64,000 bases of DNA, taken from assembly GCA_002633005.1 (NCBI GenBank), contig NMRA01000091.1, forward strand, positions 351,877 to 415,876. Reading direction: 5' to 3'. This DNA is from Phoronis australis. Lineage: Eukaryota > Animalia > Phoronida. Shown here in pieces: positions 28,101-37,028 of the stretch. How positions within the stretch are numbered: position 1 is the first letter of the stretch; every line of letters begins with the position of its first letter. Made by a program: the position numbers and the translations under genes. The notes below the pieces were generated by a model, which made no database searches, was not told the origin of the DNA, and saw nothing but the letters and a program-made list of their open reading frames with translations.

Positions 28101-31100
28101 GAAATTTGGATTCCTGTTGAAAGCGGGAAATATCTACAAATCAATCCCGTAGACAAGTACACTACTTCTGTTCTGAAAGGCCATACCATTGGTCCTCGCA
28201 ATGTCAGCAGAACTTTTGCGTTCGTTTTGAGGCATGGCGGAAGTTTGAAGTGTATAGTCACGGCTAAATACCTAAATAGCGGCAAGGCTCGTGGTCTACA
28301 AATCCTGCGCACAATAATTTTTTCAGGACTGTCGGATATTATTGATAAACTGAAGACGTTACTGTAGAATTTTAGGACTGTAGGTAAGGCATTCTTCGCA
28401 TGTACATGTTCATGGACTGTGCGCTTATTTTAGCAAAGTCTGAAAACACGTGGGGGGCGCTTATAAGGGCATGGACGGTTATTACGGCAAAAACAGTATA
28501 CATTTTCTGTAAAGCCTCGTACAGAGTCTTGCTTTGAACACAATTATCCAGAACAATGTGTTGGAAAATGACATTTTTTGTAAAAATTGGTTCTCTTGAT
28601 GAGTTAAAGGTTCAGAATTTCCCACAATAACATCATAGACCAAATGGACTTCAACATTGCTGTTCCCACGCATTTTGAAATACCAGAAATATTTTAGGAA
28701 AAAATTACACGGGATTAATTCCACAAACGGACGTGTCCTCAAAGAATTAACGAATACCTGAATGTTACGTTCTCCCTAGTAGCTGACAGTGACACTACAG
28801 TCAGTACAGTGCAATGGTGGTGAAGCGGTTTTATGATGCAGACAATAATCAGAATTTTAATTGAATCAACAAACCACAAAGATCACAAATGAATTTTCTC
28901 CTTTATTACTCCAACAACATTTGGTGGAACTCAGAATCCCGGCAAAATCGCATCCCAACACTAAAATTTTTCTCAGTAAAAATTTGCTTGCAAAATATGC
29001 TGGATTATTTCCATTGAATTTTCAAATGGCAACAGCCTTATTAATCTATCCTGAAATTAGCATTTTCACAATAACAATGCATGGGTCGTTGCTTTACTCA
29101 AATAAAAATGAAAGCGCTATGCCAAAATCAACTGAAGCAATGAAAAATCTTCATTTGCAATTCAAAATTACGAAAAAATCATGATCTTAGCACAACTCTA
29201 ACTCCGGTTTCGAATAGTAATGCCATAACCCAACCACTTGACCACCAGAGGTCGTCAGGTTATGCTACTAAAACTTGAGCTATAAAAACAAAGAAGAAAC
29301 TCACAATAAAGTGTTCCATATAACAACATGCAATTAAAGGGGAAGGCAACCTTTTTTCATGTCATTTTTAGCAAAAATAAGGTTCATTGAATATCCCAGA
29401 CGCATTCTTCACTTAATGACAGGTTTCCGTTTTTTAATCAATAATTCGTCCTCTACTTCGGAAGTGACGTTTTGGGAGGCAAGAATTCCGTGCCAATTTC
29501 TTTTCATATAGTGCGACTGCGAGAGCTGTCTAGTCAGTCATTGTTCTACCTCAGTTGTGATAAGTTCGGTCATCGTTTGCTTTGGTTACGAGTCAGTCAA
29601 CATGCCACACTGTTGCTGCTTACCGGGATATATTCATTATCACCCAGAGCCTGTAAGCAGCCCTGCTGCGATGATGAGTAACGGGAGTGAATACAGGCCC
29701 AATTAGACATAAGAGTGAAGCGAACAGTTCGTCGTCCAATGAACAGATTGGTGAGCAAAACATTGGTAAGTTTATTGTGGACTTGTCTAAAGTATTGGAG
29801 CTTTTGAGAAGGTGCCAGATGTGTGGCGAGGGAGTCACACGATGGGATGTAAGCAGTTTGTGTGCTCAGGTAACCATCCAGTGGGAGTGTGTCGCGGGAC
29901 ACTCGGGCAAGTGGGACAGTTATTCCTCTGTCCGTGAGACGGTAATGAGTACATCCCGGCACACAGCAACATTGTGGCATGTTGACTGACTCGTAAACAA
30001 AAGTAAACGATGACCGAACTTATCACAACTGAGGTAGAGCGATGACCGACTTGGCAGCTCTCACAGTCGGTCTATATGAAAAGAAATTGGCGCGAAATTC
30101 TTGCCTCCCAAAACGTCACTTCCGAAGTAGCAGATGAGTAATTGTTTAAATAATAAGAAGCTGTAATAAACTGAAACATATGTCTGGGATAATCAACAAA
30201 CCTTATTTTTGCTAAAAATGACAAGAAAAAGGTTGCCTTTGCCTTTAAGCTGACAATTAGACGAAATTCAGAAAATGTGCAATATTAGCCTATGGGCCAT
30301 ACGCCACAGAAGACTTGTAAAATCACTTCTATGACTATCTTAGAATGATATAACTTATTTTTGTGTACCCTTTAAAAACTGACAGCCAACATCTACTAAG
30401 GCCAATAAACTACATCCATCATAATCTCTGAGTGTTATAATCCAGCAACTTAATGGCAAGCCATAGGAAAAAACTTGACACTTGGATCTGATCATGACAG
30501 AAATATAGGTTTCAAGCTACTAAGACAACACTTAGAGCATGTTTCCTGTCAATCAAACAAGAAGTGCATTTGTCCAGCTTAACTCCAGTTTGGATTATAC
30601 TCTGCCCATGGCAGATGATATTGATCCTGCATAACTACAGGGCATACCAGAGAAACAGCTTTCATTGCACAGACACATAAAAGCTGTCACAATCGTCCTG
30701 AAAACCCCATAACCAAACATCGGATCCCAAAACCGAAAACCTATAAAAAAGTTCATCGCGGAATCTTTTCCAAAGAGTTTGAAGAAAATGTAGATTTTGA
30801 TCACATTTTTTTATAATAAAACTCGAATAAAAAAGTAGCTTTAAGAAAAAAATTGCCAGTGTTCCTTCAGAGGAGTATTTTAAAGAAACTTTAAAGATCA
30901 GTTCTGGAAATGTTTGTTCAATCTGTTCATCAACCATCTACATGGCAAATGAATACAAAATGGCGGCAATGGGCACAATTTTGAAAGAAAGTCTCAATCA
31001 AAAATCAGCAAATTAATGTACATCATGCAAATAAAACAAATAACAACTTTAAGTCATTACAATCATAACTTGGTTAGGAAAAATGTTTCAGCAAAAATTG

Positions 31101-34100
31101 GGTTACCTCCCGATTGAAAGGTTGAAACTTTGCAATTCGGTACCACACGTGTTGTGTTATATATGTGCCAATATTGAGCCTGTATGATGAAAATGCAGGT
31201 TTATTCAAGGGTGAGTTTTACTCAAGGGTGATTTTGAAAATGGCCGCCACATATGTTGTTTTGTATCTGATTATGACGAAAAGCAATAGGTTTTGAGCTA
31301 TTGGCGAGATACAAGATGTGCGTAAATTTCATGTCGATTGGAAAAAATGCGACCTGTAGCGCACATGCAAATGAAAGACAAAGCAAAGCAACATCTTATC
31401 GAAATTCATTTGGTCAAGTAAAAAGTTAAATTAAGTGCTTTTAGCTTAAAATTCATCCATTCAACATGTTTGAACTCCTGAACCCCACTCCAGTAATGGA
31501 TTTAGACGGTAAGCATCAAAGGAACGCCATGAGATGTGCAACCTCCCATCAACTGAGAGGTCAGTGATCCTAAAGTTAGAGAAATAAAATCAGTTAACAA
31601 GTGCTGCAACTGATTGACCATTGCATACTAATGACAACATGAAGCTACATCTACTTGAAATACATTAACAACTGTACGATAAAAGCAACACAAAACTACT
31701 GCAAGAAATCAATTCAGAAACAATATTTAAACAAAACAGCAATGCTTCCCTTATTTTGTACAAAAACAATTTCCAAAATCGCCTTTTCTCCAATTTTTCA
31801 TAGAGTGGTAGAAAATTTTAATCTTACCAAATGTCAATTGTATAGTAAATAGGTGAGGAACCACCTGTACCATAACTGTGACAAAGGTGACTGGCATTCG
31901 ACCATAATGCAGGGTTAGCTTTTAAGACTACACTGTTTCCGATTTGCTGTGCATGCCAAATAAGGTTGTCGACCAGTGCAAGCACTTCACAAATATTGAA
32001 ATTAAACATGTTACCAATTCAATTATAAATTGTTAAGTGTTACAGATCCTACAAAGCAGAAAAAATCCTCCAACATACCTGTCTCCACAATTAGGTGTAG
32101 GTAAAAATGATATAATCAATATTTGATGCCGTATTGGCAAAATTAATTAGTATACATTTCTCAACCATAACAATTGGCAAATTAAGCACTTTCGTTTGAT
32201 TTGAAAATGCGAGTTAACCACGACTCCACTTTTTGGGAAGTTTCATCAAAGGCCGTCTACTTTGGTAAACTGATTTTCTAAAAGCTCTGAATAGCTGACG
32301 AAATAGCCGCGCCACATTTAAAGTCACTAACCCGCCAGACGCCAATCAGGTCTTTGGTGGACAGGCATTCATAGCCACCGAGATCCCATGTAATGCAGAC
32401 CGGATGTTTCAACATACTGGTATAAACAACATTTTACCACCATTGTTGTTATTATAATGCTGGTAAATTTCCACTGCCCTGCAGTGGGATATACTAAAGC
32501 CTTAGGAAAAGGGCAAAGCTTCTGAAATATCAATGGGTGAACATGGACACCATGTTACATACATTTCCCACTGCGAAGAACAATCTACCGACAAAGCCAG
32601 TGACTGCGGCTGATAAGGCGTAAGAATTTTGATCTCAGTCGATGTCAAAAAGCTAATATAAGTTAGGGAACTAAACTTACCAAACAACAGGAGGCGCTGA
32701 CAGTGGAATTTATTCCTCTGCTCTTAAATTAATGAGCCACTATGTAGTAATTGAATTTCTATCCACCAAATCAGAGTCGGGATCAATCGGAAGTCACTTC
32801 TGTGCTCTCATTACTCTAGAGAGCACCAAAAGTCACCTATTGAGTGTCACAACCTCAGTTATCAACCAATTGATTGCGGAATGAAAGCTCTCTGACAGAG
32901 TGACTTGGTGAAATTAACTGAAGGATGAAGCAAGAAAACAAAGGTAGCCACACCATAAGTACCGTTTACACTTACAAAGTTGACACGGAACAGCTGACAC
33001 GAAACAAGTTGTTCCAGTGTGTAAACGGACTGACACGGAGCAAATTGACACTGTGGTGACAAATTTTTGCCACCCGTTTGTGAGGTATAGCAATTTGCAT
33101 CCGACCATCTTGCGCCGTGTCAATTATAAGTCTAAACGCAAAACTGGAGCAAGGCTTAAAGGATCATCTCTACTGCGCTTGTGCAATGACCTATGTACGG
33201 GTTCTTTGTCTATGCAACTCTCGTCATTTGTAAACCTGGGCATGTACGCTCCAGTCTCTCCAGCCACGGTTAGTGAGTTGTGTGTGTAAACGTCCGCTTT
33301 ACACGGGGTCAATTTGCTCCGTGTCAGTTGCAACGGGCCAAAAGTTGATGTCTAAACGGGACTATAGACAGCAATGACCATGATACCAAGAACGATACAG
33401 AAGACGCCTGCACCATCACAAAAAACAAGATTGCCAAAGATGGCGAAACTGCCTCTAACAACGATGGCAATGCTCACACACAGACAACAATCTCAAAGCT
33501 ACAAATATTGATGTCATCACTGACATGAAACCGGCATTGTCAACAATGGTGTCACTAACATCGATCATGGCATAAAACTTGCTCAACATCCTCTAGACTG
33601 ACAACAATGATGGGCGCCTCCGACACCAACGACTCTGGAAATGACATCATCATCACCACAGTCGTGGTAATCCTAACCATCATCATCAAACATTGATGAC
33701 GAAACTGATAAATAAGCAAAGGTCTACAACATAAGTCAATCAACAAGAAAGCAAGGAATGGTCATGGATCTGACAAGAAGAGAGGTCATCAGAAAATGTA
33801 GCTCAAGAACAGCCAGCCCTAGTGAAAAACCGTCAATCGTGTAGTGCTTGATGAGATCAATACATATACCAAGTTTCATGAAGATTTGAGGCTCTAAAAA
33901 ACACTGTCTTTTAAAAAATGGCTGTCATGGCAACATCTAGTGCCTAACATGTCCAAAACTTAAGGTAAACAAGTTTTGAGCTATCAATTAGTTATGTATG
34001 CCGTGGTGTATAAACTTCCAAATTGATTGGTGGTGCGAATGAAATTACAGACTGTATCGAAGCCCGAAACAGATGGCACACTCCAGATAGCCATTGACAA

Positions 34101-37028
34101 TTTTTTAGATTTATCGAAGCACCAAATGTCATAAGAATCTCAAAAAGGGCCATAAAGCAAAACCTTTGAAAAATCTCCATTACAGTGCCATCTTGTAGCT
34201 GAGCTTTTTTGGTTAAAATTTCACATCCATCGGACAACAACCTGATGCACGCATAAAAATAAATTCATGACACAGCAAGACTATAATGAAACTGCATACG
34301 TGGTGAAGGAAAAGGAAAATTTATCGTTGAAAACAGAGTTGAATAACTTCATCATATGTTATCTAGGAAAGTCAGCTACGGAAATGACCTTTCTCCATCC
34401 CAATTCATTAATGCCACCCTCGGAGTTCTTTTTCTCATACCAAGCCACATACCTGAGAGGACAAAATAGCCACCTAAGTTGGCTGTAGGTGCCTGATGAC
34501 CATTCCCATATGCGAGACACCACCAGAAAACATATCAGCACCACTGGCTGAGAAGTTGGGCTTAGCTAACAAGACATCTCAGAAGAACCTGACCAGCAAA
34601 TGAACTCCTCAAGATTTGTAACTCCAGAAATTAAGTAACTTCATAAAGAAAAATTAGCATAATTTTATCAGTCTTTTGAACACATGGAGAGCAGCTTGAG
34701 AATCAATGGCAGCAACTGATAGCTGGGAAAGTACTGACACTGCTGGGAAAGTGCTGACACTGCTGGGAAAGTGCTGACACTGCTGGAAAAGTGCCGACAC
34801 TGCTGGGAAAGTGCTGACACTGCTGCAAAAGTGCTGAAACTGCTGCAAAAGTGCTGAAACTGCTGCAAAAGTGCTGACACTGCTGCGAATGTGCTAACAC
34901 TGCACAAAGTAAAACCTCACCAATTTAGGATGCAGTATCATCAGCAAGTGAATTTATCCACAAAATATATGCAGCACCAAACTGAATGATTGTCCATATT
35001 AAAGTTTTGTACCACAGTTGGTACGACAGTTTTGAAAATTTGTGGGCATTCACGACAATCTTGAAAGTGCTTGAAAAATGAATTACCCTAGCTTGTTTTT
35101 GGCGATTATTTTTGTCCAACTAACTGGTAGTACAATCACATGAACTTTAAATGCAATATTACCAGGATTTTCCGTAGATAAGCCCATGGGCGTGTATTTG
35201 GAAAACAAAAAAATTTCAGACGTTTTAGTAACACCAAATAAACGCCCAGGCGTTTATTCGGAAAAGGGGCATGTAAACGGAGTCATAGGTTTCCTGACTT
35301 TGATATTTTTACTTAAAGACGTGTTTTCAAATTTTATGTTAATAAATGCATAGTTCGCCAGCACTTTTTGTTTTTATAAATGACAAATGCTCCACCAAAC
35401 TGAATTTGTGACTAAAAGTTGACGCTTAGTAGGCTTTTAAGAGGACATTTTCCGAATAAACGTCCCACTATCTGGACATTTGACACCAGAAATTGTTACA
35501 CCACCAAATAAAAGCCCATAAGTGTTTATTCAGCATAATTTTCCGAATAAATGCCCATGGGCGTTTCATCGGGTGGGCTTATTTACGAAAAACCCCAGTA
35601 CCACCGTTACATGGACCTCATTGCTGATGCAAATATTTTTGTTTCAAATAATACAAAACTGCATTGACTCTAATTATTAGACAGCTATGGTTGGAGACAA
35701 ATAATTTTGAACATTTGCCTACAGAGAAATGCAGGCATGACGATTACCAAACAACACACAGATGTAAAGTGGGACTGAAGTACACCATAATTCACTCTGC
35801 CACCAGCAACACTGAATTAGTTCATGTATAAATTAGATAGATCAGCTTCAGGATTTTTGAAACTTCTTTACAAGGATTCAGTATTGCATTTGTGTTTCAA
35901 GGAAAAGGCAATTGTTGAGATTTTCTGGTTGTCCTTTACAAATTTTCGTGTTAATTAATTTCATTTTGATTCTAATTAATTATGGATGCGTTACTCTGGA
36001 AGTGACCCTCGTGGCCCGAATCAATCCCCAACAGTTTTGTTTGTGTTTTGATTCATTGTGGACTCCTGTCGACTGTACTACTTTCCAAAAATTATTGTGG
36101 TCATGAGTCACTGCAGTGACTGCAGCTCGCAACGCCTCATGTTTTAAAAACACTACTTGCATGTGGCAATGGAGCTGAAAAGGGAAATACTTAGCGTTCT
36201 CCACACTCAAAAATTCAAACAGGTTGTGTCTAACAACCATTTTGAATAAATTTAGACAGTGTGCAGCGTATGCATATCATAGCGAACACACAAAAATGAT
36301 ACTTTTTGTTGAAAATGAAAAAAAAACAATTGTGTCGTGTGCTATTTAAACAGGTCGGAGGCAAACACGAACAGGTCGCGGCGACCTGTTGAAACGGGTC
36401 ATGGAGAACACCGATACCTACAGTATTTCATCCTTCATTAAAACATATTTAGCAGGTACCTTCATTATCTCTGCGTACATGTCTTTTCCGTAATCTGATG
36501 CTAAGAAATGTTCATCGCGTACTAGTTTTGCACCAATTTTAGCATATTGGCACAAATGAGTTAACTCTGGTGGACCTTGTCATTCCATGGAAATCGGTAA
36601 ACCGGAACTCGTATACTCTTTGAGAGCTCATGGCACTTGTCTCCCAGTACACAACTTTCAGCCATAGTTAATAAGACTCGGAAAAAGGCAAATAATAGTC
36701 TAACCTGTTACAATCTGATGTACATAGAGACGCATTTATACGTTTACAAAAATTATGGTTGGTAGAGAATGCTTTGGGCCAAGAACCTCGAGCAGTGTAA
36801 AGCTAGTGCGTTCACATACTTTGCTTAAAATGCAAAGCTATATCTCGGTAAGACTGGTGTGATATTGCATTTTAGACGGTGCATTATGGCAAAGAACTAT
36901 CTCTTACCTCTTCTGTCCTGCTGGTCTCCATGTAAAGTTTCATTTCTGTAAACATGACTGTTGGCACCATTGAAGTGTCGTCTGCTCTCCACAGTGTACG
37001 ACCGCTCAGGCGTGATGCTCAAACTCAT
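1001..37028 (-). CDS. GRB10: GRB7/GRB10/GRB14-family adaptor protein (GRB10-like), 15 coding exons, ~644 aa
   Basis: Hand-spliced join (minus): 37028-36908, 22728-22564, 21844-21633, 18401-18333, 14142-13983, 12753-12632, 10835-10746, 9463-9323, 7887-7777, 6683-6582, 5032-4940, 3898-3779, 3353-3160, 2869-2776, 1141-1001 = 1935 nt, open, all GT-AG. Motifs: DDVNLEAL (GRB10-type N-terminus), [15 protein letters not shown] (VAMDFTG...GRVVDDP...EEGLQWR), SH2 (WFH...GLFLVRES...[11 protein letters not shown]). Probably a single pro-ortholog of GRB7/10/14, so the symbol is approximate. Confidence 0.93.
1184..1209. repeat. (CA)n microsatellite
   Basis: ~13 CA units in the last intron. Confidence 0.95.
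2776..2869 (-). CDS. GRB10: GRB10-like exon (SH2 core)
   Basis: tttcag|(G)[31 protein letters not shown]|gtatga; FLVRES SH2 signature; phase 2-0. Confidence 0.97.
3160..3353 (-). CDS. GRB10: GRB10-like exon (BPS-SH2 linker and SH2 start)
   Basis: ttag|[64 protein letters not shown](G)|gtaggt; phase 0-2. Confidence 0.93.
3779..3898 (-). CDS. GRB10: GRB10-like exon (BPS domain)
   Basis: atag|[40 protein letters not shown]|gtgaga; BPS motif diagnostic of the GRB7 family. Confidence 0.96.
4940..5032 (-). CDS. GRB10: GRB10-like exon (end of PH domain)
   Basis: ttgcag|[31 protein letters not shown]|gtaagt; YGxQLxxNY motif. Confidence 0.95.
6582..6683 (-). CDS. GRB10: GRB10-like exon (PH domain)
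   Basis: ttctag|[34 protein letters not shown]|gtttgt; LCAEDE..R.CW motif. Confidence 0.96.
7777..7887 (-). CDS. GRB10: GRB10-like exon (PH domain)
   Basis: tttcag|[37 protein letters not shown]|gtaggt. Confidence 0.95.
8116..8200. repeat. Degenerate ~31-bp minisatellite, cluster 1
   Basis: Units like ccaactttacatccctgtagtt...aaca, 2-3 copies. Confidence 0.7.
8664..8785. repeat. Tandem duplication, ~62-bp unit x2
   Basis: atcgtgggtag...actgcct..aagtgttgcRtcaccagagactgtgacca.caag occurs twice in tandem. Confidence 0.85.
9041..9298. repeat. Degenerate ~31-bp minisatellite, cluster 2
   Basis: ~8 copies of aacaccaactttacatccctgtagttcaatc-like unit. Confidence 0.85.
9323..9463 (-). CDS. GRB10: GRB10-like exon (PH domain start)
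   Basis: tttcag|[47 protein letters not shown]|gtgggt; GxLxxKE.GKKSWKK..FVLRxSGLYYS signature. Confidence 0.97.
10395..10762. repeat. ~66-bp tandem repeat (A/B alternating) overlapping an exon 3' end and donor site
   Basis: gaac anchor recurs at ~10425, 10491, 10551, 10618, 10686, 10754; each unit has ttcccacccc-catacc-tgta-tagaacctgcc. Confidence 0.9.
10746..10835 (-). CDS. GRB10: GRB10-like exon (RA-PH linker)
   Basis: ttccag|[30 protein letters not shown]|gtatgg; phase 0-0, fits the xFP...LLQ linker of the family. Confidence 0.9.
12632..12753 (-). CDS. GRB10: GRB10-like exon (RA domain, second half)
   Basis: cttcag|(D)[40 protein letters not shown]|gtaagt; RxLEDHE motif; phase 1-0. Confidence 0.96.
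12791..13234. mobile_element. MITE with ~55-bp TIRs (superfamily uncertain)
   Basis: Left cagtgccgggttgcatgaaacagtcccaaatagagactcaactaagttccctaaatct is the reverse complement of right agatttagggaacttagtttagtccgtatttgggactgttttacgcaaccggccactg; flanked by AC/AC. Confidence 0.85.
13530..13886 (-). mobile_element. Degraded non-autonomous DNA transposon (TTAA-flanked, Kolobok-like); related to 60273-60730
   Basis: 13570-13630 is a diverged reverse complement of 60650-60710; ends in cc|ttaa. Confidence 0.45.
13983..14142 (-). CDS. GRB10: GRB10-like exon (RA domain, first half)
   Basis: tgccag|[53 protein letters not shown]|gtatgt; phase 0-1. Confidence 0.95.
14953..15425. repeat. Long near-perfect inverted repeat (~200-bp arms, ~73-bp spacer)
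   Basis: 14953-15149 is the reverse complement of 15224-15425 with few mismatches. Confidence 0.95.
16902..17243. repeat. 26-bp minisatellite, ~13 copies
   Basis: Unit ctttaacgccttagtttacacaggca head-to-tail, no spacers. Confidence 0.97.
17523..17585 (+). mobile_element. tRNA-derived SINE head / tRNA-like relic
   Basis: A-box-like tgactcagtgg and B-box ggttcaatcc at tRNA-like spacing; no intact cloverleaf. Confidence 0.45.
17930..18200 (-). mobile_element. LINE (CR1/L2 group) 3' fragment
   Basis: Translation ..[48 protein letters not shown].. is typical of the CR1/L2-group ORF2 C-terminus (Y.LR...G.RLWN.LP). Confidence 0.85.
18333..18401 (-). CDS. GRB10: GRB10-like small exon (N-terminal linker)
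   Basis: ttctag|[23 protein letters not shown]|gtaagt; 69 nt, phase 0-0, consensus donor; no conserved motif, could be a cassette exon. Confidence 0.72.
19542..19590. repeat. 12-bp tandem repeat x4
   Basis: aaggaaacatKa unit repeated four times. Confidence 0.8.
20735..20853 (-). mobile_element. tRNA-derived SINE fragment
   Basis: Minus strand ggaggcagtgtgtcctcgtgtgatgg...gaggtcgtgggtttgagtaccac...cccttgagtcagg: degenerate A/B boxes followed by a SINE-core-like segment. Confidence 0.5.
21633..21844 (-). CDS. GRB10: GRB10-like exon (proline-rich region)
   Basis: ttacag|(E)[28 protein letters not shown]...[10 protein letters not shown]|gtaagt; NPFPEL motif; phase 1-0. Confidence 0.93.
22564..22728 (-). 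CDS. GRB10: GRB10-like exon (N-terminal DDVxLEAL motif)
   Basis: cttgcag|(D)[23 protein letters not shown]...RPQNT|gtttgt; resembles GRB10 EDDVDLEALVNDM; phase 1-1. Confidence 0.9.
23977..24183. mobile_element. Small fold-back MITE with 21-bp internal subrepeats
   Basis: TIR cacgaaccacctacaaacctat / ataggttcgtaggtggttcgtg; internal (gaacctatcaatcaggcataY)n. Confidence 0.75.
24332..25789 (+). mobile_element. Non-autonomous Tc1/mariner-like element, copy A (~1.46 kb)
   Basis: ta|ccatattcgccctaataag ... cttattagggcgaatacgg|tg; TA-type TSD (one side mutated); homologous throughout to 27020-28496. Confidence 0.9.
27020..28496 (-). mobile_element. Non-autonomous Tc1/mariner-like element, copy B (inverted relative to A)
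   Basis: ta|ccgtattcaccctaataaccg ... cggttattacggcaaaaacag|ta; interior is a diverged reverse complement of copy A (ORFs 24429-24776 and 28082-28312 share LPPC.K..AKVLL.LRG). Confidence 0.9.
29338..30244. mobile_element. Internally deleted Kolobok-like DNA transposon with ~304-bp TIRs and transposase relics
   Basis: TTAA|AGGGGAAGGCAACC ... GGTTGCCTTTGCCT|TTAA (TTAA TSD, RR..YY ends); THAP-like start [10 protein letters not shown]; internal [10 protein letters not shown]...[17 protein letters not shown]-type Zn motif (CxxC...CxxGHxxxWxS). Confidence 0.88.
32958..33363. mobile_element. PIF/Harbinger-like MITE
   Basis: ata|AGTACCGTTTACAC ... GTCTAAACGGGACT|ata, 3-bp TSD; subterminal gtgtaaacg / tgacacggagcaaattgac inverted motifs. 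Confidence 0.85.
33742..34260 (+). mobile_element. Degraded Helentron-associated (HINE-like) non-autonomous element
   Basis: Starts aACAAG, contains the ccaagtttcatgaagat core motif seen also at 31325, 53522, 53735, 53995; boundaries approximate. Confidence 0.35.
34722..34903. repeat. 20-bp minisatellite, ~9 copies
   Basis: Unit gctgggaaagtgctgacact grading into gctgcaaaagtgctgaaact. Confidence 0.96.
35162..35598. mobile_element. Tc1/mariner-like MITE
   Basis: ta|ccaggattttccgtagataagccca ... tgggcttatttacgaaaaaccccag|ta; internal repeated aataaacgccca / gcgtttattc motifs. Confidence 0.85.
36908..37028 (-). CDS. GRB10: Putative first coding exon of GRB10-like gene
   Basis: ATG at 37028 with in-frame stops just upstream; [40 protein letters not shown] then G|gtaaga, a phase-1 donor matching the exon at 22728; acceptor tattttcag at 37066-37067 implies an upstream UTR exon. 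Confidence 0.65.

Noticed and set aside
34654-34907. Repetitive ORFs (QQCQHF / [10 protein letters not shown])
   Set aside because: Translations of a 20-bp minisatellite; the period is not a multiple of 3 and there is no splice or phase support.
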